A stretch of 64,000 nucleotides of DNA from Epithemia pelagica. Taxonomy: Eukaryota; Protista; Bacillariophyta. The notes under the pieces were generated by a model. It made no database searches. It was given only the letters and a program-made list of their open reading frames with translations, and was not told the DNA's origin. A program made the position numbers and the translations under genes. This document shows, one piece after another, positions 49,878 through 60,921 of this stretch (position 1 is its first letter; each line of letters opens with the position of its first letter). Location: NCBI GenBank assembly GCA_946965045.2, contig OX337228.1, forward strand, positions 6,634,001-6,698,000, in the 5' to 3' direction.

Positions 49878-50966
49878 TTATGGGTTGGACCGTGTCGTCG
49901 TCGTCCTGCTGGTGGTGATGAGGGATGCTTGAACCGTCGCATGGACGGCTTGAAGCAACAGGTTGGTTTGCGCTCCGACCGGAGGCGTCACGACAATGGG
50001 AATGGACGACAACCGGTCGTCCTTCCTGTCGTGTTGCGCTTGTTGCACAATCCGAGGAATATCCTCACTGACATGTCGTCCCGAGGGACTGAGAAAAAAG
50101 GGATGACAAATAATTTCGTCCACGCCTGGTTCCTCGTCGTCCCCACTACCAGTAGCCAAGGCTTGCAAGGCTTGAGGAATACTGGGTTCGGCAATCTCCA
50201 TGTGGGCGGCTCGTACCACATAGGAGGTATCACTGTCATTGGAACAATACTCTTGCTCATAAACGTGTGCCAAGTGATGCAACCGATCGTTGGAGGCTGG
50301 ATTGCGGGATCCATGATCAATCAATAAAATTCCCACGCGCCGTTGTCGTCGTCGTCGTGTCGGCGAGGAATGGGTGGTCGTGCTGCTGCTGCAAGTCCTG
50401 TCGTCGTCGACCTTCTCGGTCGTCGTTGTCGTTGTGGCATCCCCCAGAACTACACGATCCGGTGTCCCAAGGGGATACGCATGAGGACTAAGCAAGGGAT
50501 CAAACACGTCTGGATGGACGACAGCAGTCTCTTCTTGTTGTATTTGTGGTGGTGGCAATTCCACCTCCATCCTGGCCGATTCAGGTTCCAAGCGAAATCC
50601 AAACGACGACGACGACTTTTGATTGGCAGCGGAGGATGCGGTTGCTGGATTGGACGACCCCAAGGGCCGTTGATTGGGAGAAATGCCATTGGGATAGGCA
50701 TGAGGACTCAACAAGGGATCGAAATAGTCAAAGAGATCGGGGGAATCATTCTGGTTGTCATTGTTGTCGTTGTCGTTGCTCATACGACGACGAAGCAGGA
50801 TACTAGGACTCCTCGTCCTTCTTTGTAGTCTCGTCCTGGCACTTGTCCACGAAACAGCATCGTTCGAATAGAAACATGGAAAGAGCACTGGACTAAATCC
50901 AAATGTGTTGGACACTGCCATGGACACTAGCAAAAGAACTGTCGGAGAAAATGCCATGGTCATCAT
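49878..50966 (-). CDS. sirB: CbiX/SirB-family sirohydrochlorin chelatase (probably ferrochelatase for siroheme), plastid-targeted
   Basis: GILLIDHGSRN, AAHMEIAEPSI, CHPFFLSPSGRHVSEDIP, VTPPVG; single CbiX domain at the C-terminus; signal peptide with TFG-F motif. Confidence 0.85.
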   Translation of the reverse strand: MMTMAFSPTVLLLVSMAVSNTFGFSPVLFPCFYSNDAVSWTSARTRLQRRTRSPSILLRRRMSNDNDNNDNQNDSPDLFDYFDPLLSPHAYPNGISPNQRPLGSSNPATASSAANQKSSSSFGFRLEPESARMEVELPPPQIQQEETAVVHPDVFDPLLSPHAYPLGTPDRVVLGDATTTTTTEKVDDDRTCSSSTTTHSSPTRRRRQRRVGILLIDHGSRNPASNDRLHHLAHVYEQEYCSNDSDTSYVVRAAHMEIAEPSIPQALQALATGSGDDEEPGVDEIICHPFFLSPSGRHVSEDIPRIVQQAQHDRKDDRLSSIPIVVTPPVGAQTNLLLQAVHATVQASLITTSRTTTTRSNP

Positions 50967-51294
50967 ATGGTCATATAGCGAGATGCAGAATCATTCTATA
51001 TATGAAAAGATCTTTATTGCGCCAAGTCGGAAAGATCTTTTGGGGTTGGGGTATCCCCCAGCGGTGGAGAAAATTTCACGGTGAATTAGGAATTCACCGT
51101 GATATATTCTCTCTCGCTGGGGCGTAGAGTTGGGGGGCTGGATATTCGGTGAGTCGCGTTTGGATGCCGTCACAGTCACCCCTCGTCCTCGCCCCGAGTT
51201 TTAAGGGGAGAGCGGGAATTCTGTGGGTGATTTGCCATATCATCATCATCATATCATCGTATTCTGGGAAGAAACAAAGACCATCACCACCACC

Positions 51295-52086
51295 ATGGCC
51301 ACAACCATCACGACTACTACGAAGGATGCTTCCAAGAAGAAGAAAGTCCACAAGGGCCGCAAGCCAGGAGCCACACAGTGGACGAACCCAGAGACGACGC
51401 TCCTGCTCACGGTTGTGGACACACTCTGTCCCGCGGGACGGGACCGGTGGGCCCAGGCTCGGAAGGAATTTGTCCATCGGGGCAATGGCCAGTACGTTCG
51501 CACTGTGGATGCAATGCAGCGCAAATTCGAAAAGTTGGCCTATGCTCCCACGTCAACGACAACGGGCAAGAATACTACAGAAGCTGCCGCTCACAATGTC
51601 CGAGCCAAACAAATCAAGGACAAGATCACAGCCAAGGAGCGGGCCAGCCGCCATACTGGGAACAAGAATGATGATTCCAATGATGATGAAAAAGAGAGGC
51701 AAATCCTAAACGTAGTATCCCCACGGACCAAGAAGCGCAAGTCGACCGAGTTGATGGAAGCGATGGATCGCTATGCCGAGACACAGCATCAGTCGACCAA
51801 GATGTTTACTACGGTCCTCCAGGAATTGGCCATCCAGGAGACCAAGTCGACCGAGTTGATGGAAGCGATGGACCGCTATGCAGAGACACAACAAGAGTCG
51901 ACCAAGAGTTTGATGACGGTCCTCCAGGAATTGGTTGCTGCTGCTGCCGTCACAGATGGAGAGTCGTTGCGTGTTGCCGAGTCTCCTACAATGAAGCGAC
52001 TGGATGCCATGGAAGGTAAGCTGGATCGTATTCTCCAAGCCATCCAGCAGACGAACCAATTTTCTGTCGACAATGAGCAAGAGTAG
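51295..52086 (+). CDS. Myb/SANT-like (DUF6818-like) domain protein with C-terminal coiled-coil repeat, intronless
   Basis: KGRKPGATQWTNPETTLLLTVVDTLCPAGRDRWAQ...RTVDAMQRKFEKL...VRAKQIKDKI. Confidence 0.6.
   Translation: MATTITTTTKDASKKKKVHKGRKPGATQWTNPETTLLLTVVDTLCPAGRDRWAQARKEFVHRGNGQYVRTVDAMQRKFEKLAYAPTSTTTGKNTTEAAAHNVRAKQIKDKITAKERASRHTGNKNDDSNDDEKERQILNVVSPRTKKRKSTELMEAMDRYAETQHQSTKMFTTVLQELAIQETKSTELMEAMDRYAETQQESTKSLMTVLQELVAAAAVTDGESLRVAESPTMKRLDAMEGKLDRILQAIQQTNQFSVDNEQE
51739..51940 (+). repeat. In-frame 105-bp (35-aa) internal tandem duplication
   Basis: aagtcgaccgagttgatggaagcgatgga... at 51739 and 51844, encoding KSTELMEAMDRYAETQ...TVLQEL twice. Confidence 0.92.
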
Positions 52087-52489
52087 AACGAATGAAGATT
52101 CTATTCACTACTTGCCATCTTGTTTTTATGATGGTGCAACGTACAATATTTGTTGTATCTCTATAGGACTCATCACAAAGATGCGTACGTTGTGACCTCT
52201 TGTGATCTCGTCATTGTAGTTCCGCTTTCATTCACCAGAGACTCTTGTCGACATTTGTATTTCATACGGGAGCAGGGATCCGTTCTGTTCGACTCTTTCC
52301 TCCACTGCTGTTGACGGGTCGCTCAATTCACGCACAAGGCCTCTTTGGAAACAGGATCCAACGATTCCGATCCAATCATGGTGCTTACTCTCCATCTTTC
52401 TCGCTCTGGAAGGTCCACAAGATTGGCGAGGATAGAGCATTCCCTCGATTTCTACTTGCCAATCGATAACACTGTCTTCATGCTGTCTC

Positions 52490-53963
52490 CTATGGAGTCG
52501 AGCGATTCCAAGAGTGTTGATTGGGTGGTCTTCGACTGCCTCGTTGTCGTAGTTCGTCTTCTTGTTGTGCTCGTTCGTATCGTCGCTGTCGTTCTTGTTC
52601 CTGCCGCACCATCATCTCGTAGGGACGTCCGCCCAAAATGGGGACGCGACCACATCCCAAGACACCAGAAAACAAGATTGTTCCCACAATGGGATACCAC
52701 ACAAAGAGTGCCAAGGCAACTTCCATGCCATAGGAAACCAAAAAGTCAAAACTCGACTTGTCCTCAAAGCCGTTCCAGGGTTGAGGGACGTGATCATCCC
52801 ACAAACCAGCCGAGTCATGCCACTGGGGATCTTGATTGGAATCAGACCAGGAAGCCCGGAGCAAGACCAAAAAACTGCACACGGCGGCCACCACGGTCAC
52901 GGCAATGGTCAAGAGGACGCGGCTGTAGGGTTTCCATCCTTGCAAGGCCTCGAAGGACCGTCCGGGCAAGCAACAAACACAGGCCGCCAGATACCATACC
53001 ATGGTATCGTACAAGGCATGGACAATACCACCCACGGTCCACAAGACAATCATTCCCTCTGTGACTTGCAAGGTTGTCGTCGTGTCGTTGGGGTTACTGT
53101 CGTCCTCCGCTGCGGCGGCTGCGGCTGCCTCTTGTTGCGGATATTCATGGTGTACGGACGACGACGACGACCCGGAGGTGGATTCAAACGCGCTGGCCGT
53201 CGTAGACGTGCTATTGTTGTGGTTGTCGTCACCACCACCCACGGAAATGGTCACGAGAGGACGATTGGCATCCACCGTCTCTTGATCCATCAACCACAGC
53301 CACACGAGCGTGGTGACGAGCAATCCAAAGACAATGGATCCAATCAAGTGCAAGAGTCGCATGGGAAATCTAAAAAGACAATCATAAAATGTAGTACGTG
53401 CCGAACGACGTGAGAATCCAATCAAATCAAATCAAAAAGAGCCAGGACACAAGTGTCTGTCATGGGGCGTGTGCCAAACAACAGTTCTCCCAATCCATCC
53501 ATTCTCATCGATTGGCGTTCAAGTAAAATAGTGTGTGTACGTACTTGACGGGATGTTGTTTGTGATGGCAACACAAACCAAAGAGAGGATGAGTATTGCA
53601 AAAGTATTGAAACCAATCGGCACAACAGCCATATCCAGGCAAGTGATAGGATCGATACGCCAAGGCAACGGGGAGCATCATCAACTCTTGTTCCTGGTCA
53701 TGCTCATGGATCCAATCTGCGGCGGGGCGGCCTCGACGACGACTATTATTCTTATTCTGATTAGTATAAGATGAGGATGATGACTTTTTGAGAGCCGTGT
53801 GCCGATCCTGTGGATGCGGCCCACCATGGGAAATGGTAATTACGGTAGTGCTGGGATCCCCATTGTTGTGGTTGTTGTAAAGTTGGATTCGTTGGGGAGA
53901 CGACGAACTCATTTCCAAATCTTCGTCGTGACCTTGTTGTGAATGGAGAGGTTGTCGAGTCAT
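52490..53963 (-). CDS. Hypothetical multi-pass membrane protein, probably 2 exons
   Basis: Exon 1 MTRQPL...DWFQYFCNTHPLFGLCCHHKQHPVK, then GT intron near 53540-53420. Exon 2 has about 4-5 hydrophobic helices ending GCGRVPILGGRPYEM. Confidence 0.65.
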
Positions 53964-54317
53964 TTTGTAGGATTTGGTTGTCTCTTGTGTACTACCTAGT
54001 AGCAGTATTGTTTGGTTCTTGACGAGCGACTCCTGGAGAGTGATGTGGTCTCCTTGGCAACGCGACGAACGATTCAACGAGATGCTATTGTCGAGAGAGA
54101 GAATTGAAAATCGAGAGAGAACGAAAACCTCTGTTTGTGTGGGATTGAGACTCGTGAGAAAAGAATCGGTTCGGAAGTGCGTGACCATGGGGGCAATATG
54201 GAGGGAAAGACTTTCTTGTCAGACGGGCGCGCCAGGAGAAGATGCCGGCGCGAACTTACAACTTTCATAGAAATACAGCAATATGTAACTGTCTGTCTGT
54301 GGGAGCCGATCGGAGTG

Positions 54318-54927
54318 TAAGGGCTGGGTAAGCCGATCCATGTTCGGCTAAGTAGGCTCAGTACATTGATCTACGTAGTACTATTTTCGTCTGTGTAAGA
54401 AGTGGGGCGGATGGTCTCAAATTGAAAACTTGCTGCCACGAGAAACAATGCAAATTGGAAGCCATCACTCGACAATGGTCGAGGTCATCACCCCCATGGC
54501 AATAACTTCCTGGATAATTGAGCCTGCCTGAATCACTTTTACAATAAGAATCTTTACTACTAGAGCAACTTTGCTTTCACTTTGATTCAGGCACCCTTGA
54601 AAAATGAATGAGTTAGGGCGGTCGTTCGATTTCATCACTGCAGAAAAATGAGCGTACCTTTTCAGCCAACTTGGCAAATCTTCTGTAATTTCAGACAACA
54701 ATTTCAAAGGTAAAGGCAAAGGACTTACGGTGGTTGGATGTTTATGCGATGCATGGGTGAATGCATACGGCGTCACCGGATCTCGCCATCATTGTCGAGC
54801 GTTTTTGCATTTTTTTGAAATTCCGACCATTTCCGGCGTGACGTGTACTATCTGATTTTATGTACTCTACGTAGATTAATGTACTGAGCCTACTTAGCCG
54901 AACATGGATCGGCTTACCCAGCCCTTA
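54318..54927. mobile_element. MITE / non-autonomous Tc1-mariner-like DNA transposon with ~60-bp TIRs and TA target duplication
   Basis: 54318-54378 (taagggctgggtaagccgatccatgttcggctaagtaggctcagtacattgatctacgtag) is the reverse complement of 54867-54927 with one mismatch; both ends carry a TA dinucleotide. Confidence 0.85.
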
Positions 54928-55066
54928 TCCTTCTCGCTTCTCGATCTCCACAATCTCCATCCGTGATCCGTGATAAGATTTGGAGTTTTTATGGAGACAC
55001 CCCGACCTTTTAACACTACAACGAGAAATTGTAGCGACAATAATTCACCTTCACCAATAAAACCTT

Positions 55067-56068
55067 TTGACCATGGCGGAGATATTCTCAACCGTTGCTC
55101 AGGGGTTTGAGGCCGTGGCCGGTCTCACGGGGATTGATCTGGCCACGAGGGAAGCTCTCAATAATGCAAGTCCGGGCCTGGGAGATGTTTACGACAATGT
55201 TCGAGATTTGATGCAAAAGCGAACAGTCATCTCGCAAACCACTCGGGGGGTGGTACAGAACGACCGGTCTGACGACCGTGAGCCCGTTGTATCTCCCATT
55301 GTTGCTGCGATAATCGATCTGTACGCTCATGAGCCACCCGCTGCCGGGGGTGTTGTTTATGTATTGTACGCTCCACCTGGACAGGGAAAGACATGCGGGG
55401 CGAGGGCTATTTTGGAGTTTTTCCACGGCTTTGAAAGCGCTGGGTGTAGCGACCAAGTAGCCGACGAAAGTGTTTCCGATGGGAAACACTTGAAGGGATT
55501 CATGTTGACGGGAAGTGATCTCGACGATGACTACATGGCCAGCTTGGCCCAGAATATAGGCTCGAGAAACGTTCCTGGTTGGGTGAATGCTCTTTTGCTC
55601 GCTCTTGATGAACCAGAAGGGGATCCGGCGTCTCTTTTAATCCTGGATGGCTTCAATTCGACTGGAAATGACGGAGTCAATCTCAAGTTCATCAAACGAC
55701 TCTACGGATTGATGGATGAGCGTAAGCAGACTGGTACGCAAAACACGGTAGTTCTGGTCACCACTCACAACAAAGACGTTGCCAACAAACTCTGTGAATT
55801 GAATTGCGGGCAAAGAGTTGCCCCGCTACAAAACTCCCACACAGGAGAAGCCGCCTCACCCGTTTGGAATGATATGAAATGGTCTCGGGACAAGCTCATC
55901 GAAGCAATTCGATACAAGTATCCTGGAAAATTTGAAGCGGACGAAAAATTCGACAATATTCTGCAAGGCATGACGCCTCTTCATGCCGTCAAGATTGCGG
56001 ATCAAATGCTTCGTCCCGCTATGAAACTATCGAGTCCAAAACGCAAAGCCAGAAAGCAGGAGGGGTAG
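55067..56068 (+). CDS. Orphan P-loop NTPase (AAA/STAND-like), 333 aa, intronless
   Basis: Walker A VYVLYAPPGQGKT, Walker B-like SLLILDG, then VVLVTTH; lacks the homopolymer runs common in neighbouring genes. Confidence 0.75.
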   Translation: MTMAEIFSTVAQGFEAVAGLTGIDLATREALNNASPGLGDVYDNVRDLMQKRTVISQTTRGVVQNDRSDDREPVVSPIVAAIIDLYAHEPPAAGGVVYVLYAPPGQGKTCGARAILEFFHGFESAGCSDQVADESVSDGKHLKGFMLTGSDLDDDYMASLAQNIGSRNVPGWVNALLLALDEPEGDPASLLILDGFNSTGNDGVNLKFIKRLYGLMDERKQTGTQNTVVLVTTHNKDVANKLCELNCGQRVAPLQNSHTGEAASPVWNDMKWSRDKLIEAIRYKYPGKFEADEKFDNILQGMTPLHAVKIADQMLRPAMKLSSPKRKARKQEG

Positions 56069-57470
56069 ACAGATGGAGAGTGACGGTTGCTCGGTTACAA
56101 AGGAAATTGAATCAAGAGGAAAAAGTGGCGACATAGAATCCCGACGATGAGTTTATTGAAGAGCTGCAACTTATATGTGCTAGCAATCAGAAAGACATGG
56201 CCAGTATGTACAATGCGCGGCCATGGTTTGTCGAATATCTCGGGCAGCTTGCGGGTCAATCTCGTCCATTCGAATGCTGACTGTGGGAGCCGATCGGAGT
56301 CTCGTATCCTCAATCTCCATCCACCTCGCTACCTACCTTACCAACTACATGTACAACTACATGTACCAACATTTGGATTTAGTCTATCTCTGGATCAACT
56401 TCTTCACCACAGAGGGACTCGAAGTGCTCTGAATGTATTTAGGTTTCGCACAGGTTCAAACATTCAGATTGTTTTCTTTCTTCTAGGTTCTGTTTCTTTA
56501 TAGTGCCGCAACCGCAATCGGTCGTCTTGGATCGTCATCCAAGAAATGGACACTTTCTGTTGTATACAATAGGGTCATCACTCGAGAGTAGGTAGTGGGA
56601 CGCCTTCGATCCGATCGTCATGCTAACTGGACCAAGTCTCTCCTCCGCCATGCGAGGCATGAACACATAATCCATCTCAGCTCATTCCTCTCCTGGCGTT
56701 GAACTAAAGAAGAAATCTAAGTACTACCTAGGAGTAATACCTCTAGCTAGAGGAGAAATACTCCTACCTACCTTCCGCGTCAATAGTCAAATGCCAAACG
56801 CGAAACTTTCGCGCGCATGGTCATTGTCGTTGGTCTTGGTCCTGATCTTGGGGGAGGTTGGGGGTTTGGGTGTCGATCGACTTGTACGTAGCAGATCTCA
56901 CAGCTCACAGCATCCATACAAGTCGATTTTCTCGGTGCATACTTTCAATGGATTACGGACACAACTTTTGATAAGAGACGTTTCCCATTGCCTTCGTCAT
57001 GTAATGCGATCACCGAGATGTTGGTACAAGTGTGGCACTTCGTTGGACGCGCGTGTCTCGTTTGTCGGGTGTACGCTAGCTAAAGCTATGTGGTAAAAAA
57101 CAATAAGCAAGATCTGGCAATGGCCTAGCTTCTAATCGTACACTCTCGGGCGTGCGTATGATAAATCTGATGCCCTTTTCCAGTGTACGTTCGTACATTT
57201 CTATGGGAGGTGGGAGTACGTGCTCCCTCCGGACGAAACACACACATACAAAAAAACGGGGACCGCAGGACACACAATTAACCACAACGCGCCAAGCAGT
57301 GAAGAAAAAAGACAAGGGAAAGAGAAAGACTATCCTTGCGTACTCCTACTTTTGACGAACCCTCATCTTGTCTTGATCTCCCAATACAGTGTACGACTGT
57401 AGAGTCTCTGCTCTCACAAAATACAAAACCGAGAAGAAACGAAAAACAACTACCGGAGTACATTCTTGAA

Positions 57471-59746
57471 ATGAACGGGTACCCTTCGAATGCACCCGGT
57501 CCGGGAGGAGGCATGGGTGATGCGGCTGCAGCCGCTGCCATGGGAGGAACACGAGCCTCTTATGGAATGGAAGATTTGCCACCACCACCGCCCCCTGGTG
57601 GTATGCCTGGAATGAGTGGATATCCGTCTCATGCTCATCATCCTCATCATCATGCTCATGGTGCCGGAGGATACCATCCCAATGCCATGGCCATGGGCAA
57701 TCCTCCTCCTCCTCCGTCTGCCAATCCAATGCTGGGAGGACGTCCAGCCGACGATGATTTGCTTTTGAGTTTGCTGCGAGAACGACAATTGCATCAGCAC
57801 CAGCAGCATCAACAACACCAACAACAGGGTATGGCTCCTCCTCATTCGCATGCGGCTCACGGAGGAGGAGGCATGATGCCCAATCTCTATGGTGCGGGCG
57901 GCGGCGGTGGTGGTGGAAATGGCATGTACAATTTGGGCGGACAGTTTGATTTGCCACCGTTCCATCGAGTAAGTACAAGAAACCACAAACCGACACGAAA
58001 GCAACACGCAATTCTAACCATGAAAACCTTACGTGCTCACGTACACAGGATGTACCAGGACCTGGCAGTCTCATGGGAGGTAGTGGTGGCCATGGCGGCG
58101 GTGGTGGAGGAGGAGGAGGAGGATATCCTCCCCACTATTTCATGGATCGGAACGATGCGGCCATGATGCGAGAATTGCAGCACCAACAACAACAACACCC
58201 CAACTTTTTTCAAGATCCCCTTCCCCACGTACCGCAACGACCGGGTGGTGGTGGAGGATATCCATCCTCCTCCTCGTCGTATGGTGTTGGAATGGATGCC
58301 ACAACGGCAGCCGCCGCCGCCATGTCGGCGTCCTCTCAATCACGCGAACTTGGCTTTGCGGCACCACAACATAGCATGCCACCGCAATCCTCCAAGCCCA
58401 CCAGTGACAACCACAACCACCACCAGGAGGATGCCGACGAGCTGTTTCGTCGGCCATCGGGCGAGCCACCTCAGCAGTCCACAACCGGTGGAATGATGGA
58501 TGCCCATCCTGCATCCACCAGCGAGACAAATACTACAACCACAGCAAGGACAAGCGCCATGGTACCCCCCGAACCACCGAGTCTGGCCCACAAACCTCCG
58601 CCGGTAACCAAAACGTCCTTGCCGCGGGCGGCGGCCAATAGCAATGCCAAGAATGCCAAGAGCACTATTCCTCGACGACCCTTGTCCTCCTACAATCTCT
58701 TTTTTTCGGACGAACGCGAACGGATTCTCAAGGAACGGGAAGCCGAACGCCAGGACCCCGAAGGCAAAAAGGCGGCCCGCAAGGTCCAAGTGCAAGAAAT
58801 GGCCAAGATTATTGGGGAACGATGGAGGACGCTCAGTCCGGAATGGAAAAATTACTACCAAGATTTGGCCGATGAAGATATGAAACGACACAAGGAAGAG
58901 AAGAAGCGCAACCCCAAAGATCCGGCCGTTCCCAAACGGCCACCGACCGCCTTTTTGTTATTTTCCAACAAACGACGCAAGGCCTTGAAACGACAATATC
59001 CCGATGCGAGCAATTCCGATTTGAGCAAAATGTTGAGTAAAACATGGCGGGAAGCGCCCAATTCGATTCGGCAAAAGTACATGGACGAAGCAACTGAATT
59101 GAGCAAGAGTTACAAGGCGGAAATGGCCTTGTGGAGAAAAAAGGCGGGAGAACGAAAACGACAGGAACAACAGCAACAGCAGGATGATGACGGCGATCGC
59201 GATCCGGACGACGATTCTCATGGTCCCAACGCCGCCAAGTCGTCTCATGAGTATTCCTCCCAAATGGGTGACGCTTCCATGCCCCTTGGGATCAACATGG
59301 GCGATTGGAATACTAGCAATAACGCTGGTCCTGGAATGGCTCCCGGAGAGGGCGGGATGGGACCCGGCATGGGGGGCCTCCTGGTCCGACCCGACAAGCC
59401 CAGTCTTCCCAGCAAACCTCCCGCTCCCATCGATCACTTGAATAATCCAAACAATAATAGCAGCAGCAGCAAGAAACGCAAAACCAAAGATCCCTCGGCT
59501 CCCAAACGACCGCTGAGTGCCTTTTTGGCCTTTAGCAACACCCGTCGCAAGGCCTTGAAACAACAATATCCCGATGCCACCAATGCCGACTTGTCCAAAA
59601 TGTTGAGCAAACTCTGGAAAGAATCCCCCAAGGAATTTCGCCAAGGCTTTATTGACCAAGCGGCGTCGTTGAGTGAAGCCTACAAGGCGGAAATGGCCGA
59701 ATGGCGTCTCAAAGCGGGAACAACGGCTGGGTCGTCCTCCTCATAA
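57471..59746 (+). CDS. Protein with three HMG-box domains and a Pro/His/Gly-rich N-terminus; 2 exons (intron about 57969-58048)
   Basis: PRRPLSSYNLFF...MAKIIGERW; PKRPPTAFLLFSNKRR...SKMLSKTW; PKRPLSAFLAFSNTRR...SKMLSKLW. Confidence 0.9.
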
Positions 59747-60254
59747 ACCGCTTTTTTTACTAGATCGAATATTGGTTTCGGCGGCGTGTTGGTCTTGTTC
59801 TTTTTCTTGCCTTGGTCTGGTGAATTGGACGAATCGCTCCTCTGGAAACTCTCGTTCCTCGCTATAGTATCATTACTCTAGCTAGCACTGCTGTTACGGG
59901 TCGACCTACCTACCGAGGTTTACGTCTCCATGGATTTTGGCAACACCACCTTCCAACCAAACAAAGGAACGAATTCGCAAATCCCTTGTGGCAGCCGCCA
60001 CAGGGGCAACCCTCTCTGTTTCATCCATACACAAGGTCTGGGGCCACAAAGAAGTGTGATTCGGAACTGGGGGAATCCATACTCAAGAATGTTGTTTTGT
60101 AGGCAAGCGAAGAGGGATATCCTGATGCGTGATTTCCTTGTCATTGAAATCTTTTTGCTGTGGTATATTGTTGTGAACCGCACGAAATGCCTGGAATCCT
60201 TGCGCTACTTGTAGAGAGAGAAGAAATTGCCGTGCGTATAGGAGCTTTGCGTTC

Positions 60255-60463
60255 GAGATTGCCCATCGATCCACAGAGTTGCTACCTTTATTCTATTAGT
60301 GTTGTTGCGATCGGTTGAGAGTCGAGATTGCCAATCGATCCACAGAGTTGCTACCTTTATTCTAGTAGTGTTGTTGCGATCGGTTGAGAGTCGAGATTGC
60401 CAATCGATCCACAGAGTTGCTACCTTTATTCTATTATAGTGTTGTTGCAATCGTTTGAGAGAT
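60255..60463. repeat. Tandem array, 3 x 69 bp
   Basis: gagattgccaatcgatccacagagttgctacctttattctagtagtgttgttgcgatcggttgagagtc starts at 60255, 60324 and 60393. Confidence 0.95.
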
Positions 60464-60921
60464 GAGAGCCAGGTTATCCTTTTTGGTATGTCGTCCGGCG
60501 CGTTCCGGTTCCCCCCTTGCGCAGGCTCAACCATCGCTTTGGGCGCATTCGTTCGTTCCCCCTCTTTTTATTATTGTGTGTTTCAAACAGGTGTGTGTCG
60601 CGCCGGCATGAACTGCGCTCCCACATTTGGAGCGCGCGCCCGTACAGACGGTCTCGTGCTCGTTGTTGTTGGAGGGAGATTTTGATTATTTTGTTCGACC
60701 CTTTTCTCTCCATCATTGTCCCGAGACCTGGATTGAAAGACCTTATCTCCAAAGCCCAAGTCTTCTGTCGACTACCTAGAAAGAGTCAATTCGGACAAAA
60801 GAGAGAGAGAGAGAGAAAGAAACAAAAGTGCTACCAGTACCATCTATCATCTACAAGAGACAACACACCACATACTCGAGTCCTGTGGATCCACCACAAG
60901 CACAACAAGAACGAGAAGAGT

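Larger units (their letters stand above)
54297..56322 (+). repeat. Pair of short direct repeats flanking the P-loop ORF (left copy interrupted by the MITE)
   Basis: ctgtgggagccgatcggagt is identical at 54297-54316 and 56281-56300. The continuation tatcct...caatctccatcc follows the MITE (54926-54962) and follows directly in the right copy (56305-56322). Confidence 0.8.

Noticed and set aside
54318-54927. PIF/Harbinger assignment for the MITE (GGG termini with TAA/TTA flanks)
   Set aside because: The left TAA and right TTA are not a direct duplication, whereas TA...TA is, so Tc1/mariner-type is preferred.
60255-60463. CRISPR-like appearance of the 69-bp array
   Set aside because: No variable spacers; a simple tandem repeat.
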